From Verrucomicrobiota bacterium (GTDB taxonomy: Bacteria > Verrucomicrobiota > Verrucomicrobiia > Chthoniobacterales > JACTMZ01): a DNA stretch of 64,000 bases. The notes under the pieces are model-generated. The model was not told where the DNA came from and did not search any database. It saw only the letters and a list, made by a program, of their open reading frames with translations. Shown piece after piece: positions 62,017 through 64,000 of the stretch (the first letter of the stretch is position 1; each line of letters starts with the position of its first letter). Where the stretch lies: NCBI GenBank assembly GCA_027624625.1, contig JAQBWH010000004.1, forward strand, positions 16,754-80,753. Reading direction: 5' to 3'. The position numbers and the translations under genes were made by a program.

Positions 62017-62094
62017 CTAAAGACAATAATATAGTGATTTTCATAATGCACTCCCAATATTTTATAAGCTGCATCTTCTCCGGGGCTAAGTCAA
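62017..62094 (-). promoter_or_regulatory. AT-rich promoter/operator region for the 61866->57241 locus
   Basis: On the - strand: TTGACT (62094-62089), TATAAA, then ATTGGGAGTGCATTATGAAAATCACTAT, loosely Fur-family-box-like. Confidence 0.4.
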
Positions 62095-62104
62095 GCAAAT
62101 GCGG

Positions 62105-64000
62105 TCAGCGGGCCGGCAGGAAAGTCCGCCGCGGGTCGAGGTAGCCACGAACTTCCAGTCCGTGGCGGGTGGCGGTGAGGATGACGGCACCGCATTGCTC
62201 TTGGTCGAAAATTTCCGCGCCCGTGGCGGCCAGTCGGTTGCGCAGGGCGGATTCGTCCGAGCCTTCGCGGAAGGGGTCGGCGCGGCTGAGCACGATGACC
62301 GCGGGGCGCACGGCGCGGAGGAATGCTTCGGTCGCGGTGAGGTCTGCGCCGTGGCGCCCCATGATTATGACATCGCTGCGCAGTGCCTCACCCTCGCGGC
62401 GGACAAGGGCGTCCTCGGTAGCCGCGCCGGAATCGGACATGAGCAAGACGCGGAAACCTTCAAGATCAACCCGTGCAACGATGCATTGGTCGTCGGCTTG
62501 ACGGGCGGCCTTGCCGGGTTGTGGATGGAGAATGCGAAGGGTTGTGTTTTTCCCAAGGCGTTCGAAGTCACCGGGCAGGGCGAGCGATTTTCCCAGTCCG
62601 GAGGAAGCAACGGCGGCATGGAAGTTGTTTCGCGTCCGCGACCGGTCGCGCAGGGTGGAATCGACGACCCGCCATGGTTTCGAAGCTTCGAGGGCAAGAA
62701 TTGCGCCACCAAGATGGTCGGCATCACCATGGGTGACGACAAGGGCATCGAGCCGCGTGATACCCGCGGTCCGCAGAGAGGGCTCGATGATGCGGCGGAA
62801 ATCACTTTCCGACCCGGTGTCGAACAACCAGGCCTGTTCTCTTGTCCGCACGAGTTGCGCCCCTCCGTTGCCGAGGTCGAAGACGGTGATCCGCGCGGCG
62901 GGCTGGAGCCAGCCGGGAGGAAATGAGAGGTAGGATCCGGGCAACGCGGCGGTGCCCTCGACGACAACGATGAGGAGGGTGGCCAGTCCCCACGAAGCAT
63001 TGTTGAAGACCGCGGCCAGCCAGAGGGAAACCGCGCCGGTGACGAGGGCGAGCATCGAGACGGCCAGGATGGCAAAAGCGAGGGGAACCGAGAGCATGTT
63101 GGCCGGAATGGCGAGAAGCGGGAGGAGATGGAAGACGGCGATGGTGAGCGGCAAGCTGCCGAGCCAGGCCGCGGAGGAAACGCCGAGGGTCGAGGCGAGT
63201 TCGTGGCCGGCGTCGGAGCTGATTTTTTGCCGGTGGGTGTAAAGCCTCCGCGGGAGAAAGGGATCGGGTCGCAGACGCGCGGAGAAAAATTCCTGGAGCG
63301 GGGGCGAAAGCAAAAAAATGGCTGCGACGATGCTGAAAGACATTTGGAATCCGGCCGAGAAAAGCTGGTTGGTGTCCTCACCGAGCAAGAGCAGGGCGGC
63401 GGCCGCGAGGCTGTTGGCCGGCGACACCGGGCGGTCGAGGAGGAAACCGGCAAAGGCGACCGAGAGCATGACGGCGGCCCGGATGCTCGGAGGCGAAGCG
63501 CCGGTGACCAGGGCGTAGAAGAAGAGTGAGGGGATAATGACGAGCACGGCATGCCGCCGGCTCAAGCCAAGGGGACGAAGTAAAAGCCAAAGCAAGAGGG
63601 CCACCATACCGACATGCAATCCGCTCACGCTGAACAAATGATAGGTGCCGGTGCGGCGGAAGGCGTCCGCATATTCGTCCGCTTCCCTGTCCCGTGCCCC
63701 GAGGGTGAGGCCGGCAATGAGGGCGCGGATCGGCGGGGTGTCTGCGAGTCCGACTCCGAGCGTGTGCAGCATCCAAGCGCGCGCCCCGAGGGCTGCATGA
63801 CGCAGTCGCGACCCTTGGTCGCGGTCGAGCAGGCGGGAGGGTGAGTCGCGGCCGGCGCGCAACTCGAGGAAAACGCCCTGACGTCCCCACCACTCCGCCG
63901 CGTTGAATTCGGCGGGGTTGCGTGGTGGCGCGATGCGGGAGAGCAAACCGCTGATGGCCCAACGGTCGCCGTAGCGCGGGGGGTTGGGGGTGGACCAACG
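62105..64000 (-). CDS. comEC: ComEC/Rec2 competence protein (N-terminus outside window)
   Basis: TGTYHLFSVSGLHVG, PPSIRA, GFQMSF, metallo-beta-lactamase domain FDLGNG, THGDADHLGG. Confidence 0.93.
   Translation of the reverse strand, partial: RWSTPNPPRYGDRWAISGLLSRIAPPRNPAEFNAAEWWGRQGVFLELRAGRDSPSRLLDRDQGSRLRHAALGARAWMLHTLGVGLADTPPIRALIAGLTLGARDREADEYADAFRRTGTYHLFSVSGLHVGMVALLLWLLLRPLGLSRRHAVLVIIPSLFFYALVTGASPPSIRAAVMLSVAFAGFLLDRPVSPANSLAAAALLLLGEDTNQLFSAGFQMSFSIVAAIFLLSPPLQEFFSARLRPDPFLPRRLYTHRQKISSDAGHELASTLGVSSAAWLGSLPLTIAVFHLLPLLAIPANMLSVPLAFAILAVSMLALVTGAVSLWLAAVFNNASWGLATLLIVVVEGTAALPGSYLSFPPGWLQPAARITVFDLGNGGAQLVRTREQAWLFDTGSESDFRRIIEPSLRTAGITRLDALVVTHGDADHLGGAILALEASKPWRVVDSTLRDRSRTRNNFHAAVASSGLGKSLALPGDFERLGKNTTLRILHPQPGKAARQADDQCIVARVDLEGFRVLLMSDSGAATEDALVRREGEALRSDVIIMGRHGADLTATEAFLRAVRPAVIVLSRADPFREGSDESALRNRLAATGAEIFDQEQCGAVILTATRHGLEVRGYLDPRRTFLPAR

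Noticed and set aside
62118-62130. GGAAAGTCC RNase P-like motif
   Set aside because: Lies within the comEC 3' end; no other RNase P elements

Overview
GC-rich bacterial chromosomal segment, most likely Verrucomicrobiota (inferred from a PEP-CTERM protein, prepilin-type proteins and the style of the hypothetical proteins). It is mostly core genome: sufC(partial)BD, a 2-oxoacid dehydrogenase E1a/E1b/E2 set, an Opp-type and a Liv-type ABC transporter, rph, gmd, rpmB, lhgO, hisBHA, tyrA-aroA-cmk-plsC, glgB, two PilT/PilU ATPases, infA, nuoD, rlmN, alr, a Glu/Leu/Phe/Val dehydrogenase, xth, ligA and comEC (partial). No rRNA, tRNA, CRISPR array, transposase or prophage was recognised. The strongest leads: (1) a six-gene operon TPR - hypothetical - ExbB - ExbD - ExbD - membrane protein with a TonB/TolA-type S-x3-H helix that ends in a vWA-like domain instead of a TonB C-domain; (2) an unannotated ~235-nt five-way-junction RNA-like structure at 56985-57215; (3) a putative metal (Zn)-limitation surface locus ending in a fused, decayed pair of COG0523 GTPases, one with an in-frame TGA at the last Cys of the CxCC motif; (4) a stand-alone NuoE-NuoF fusion with a distant orphan nuoD; (5) luxE/luxC-like genes without luciferase; (6) several families of intergenic palindromic or 9-mer repeats, two of which supply stop codons to core genes. 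All calls were made by eye; no searches were run.
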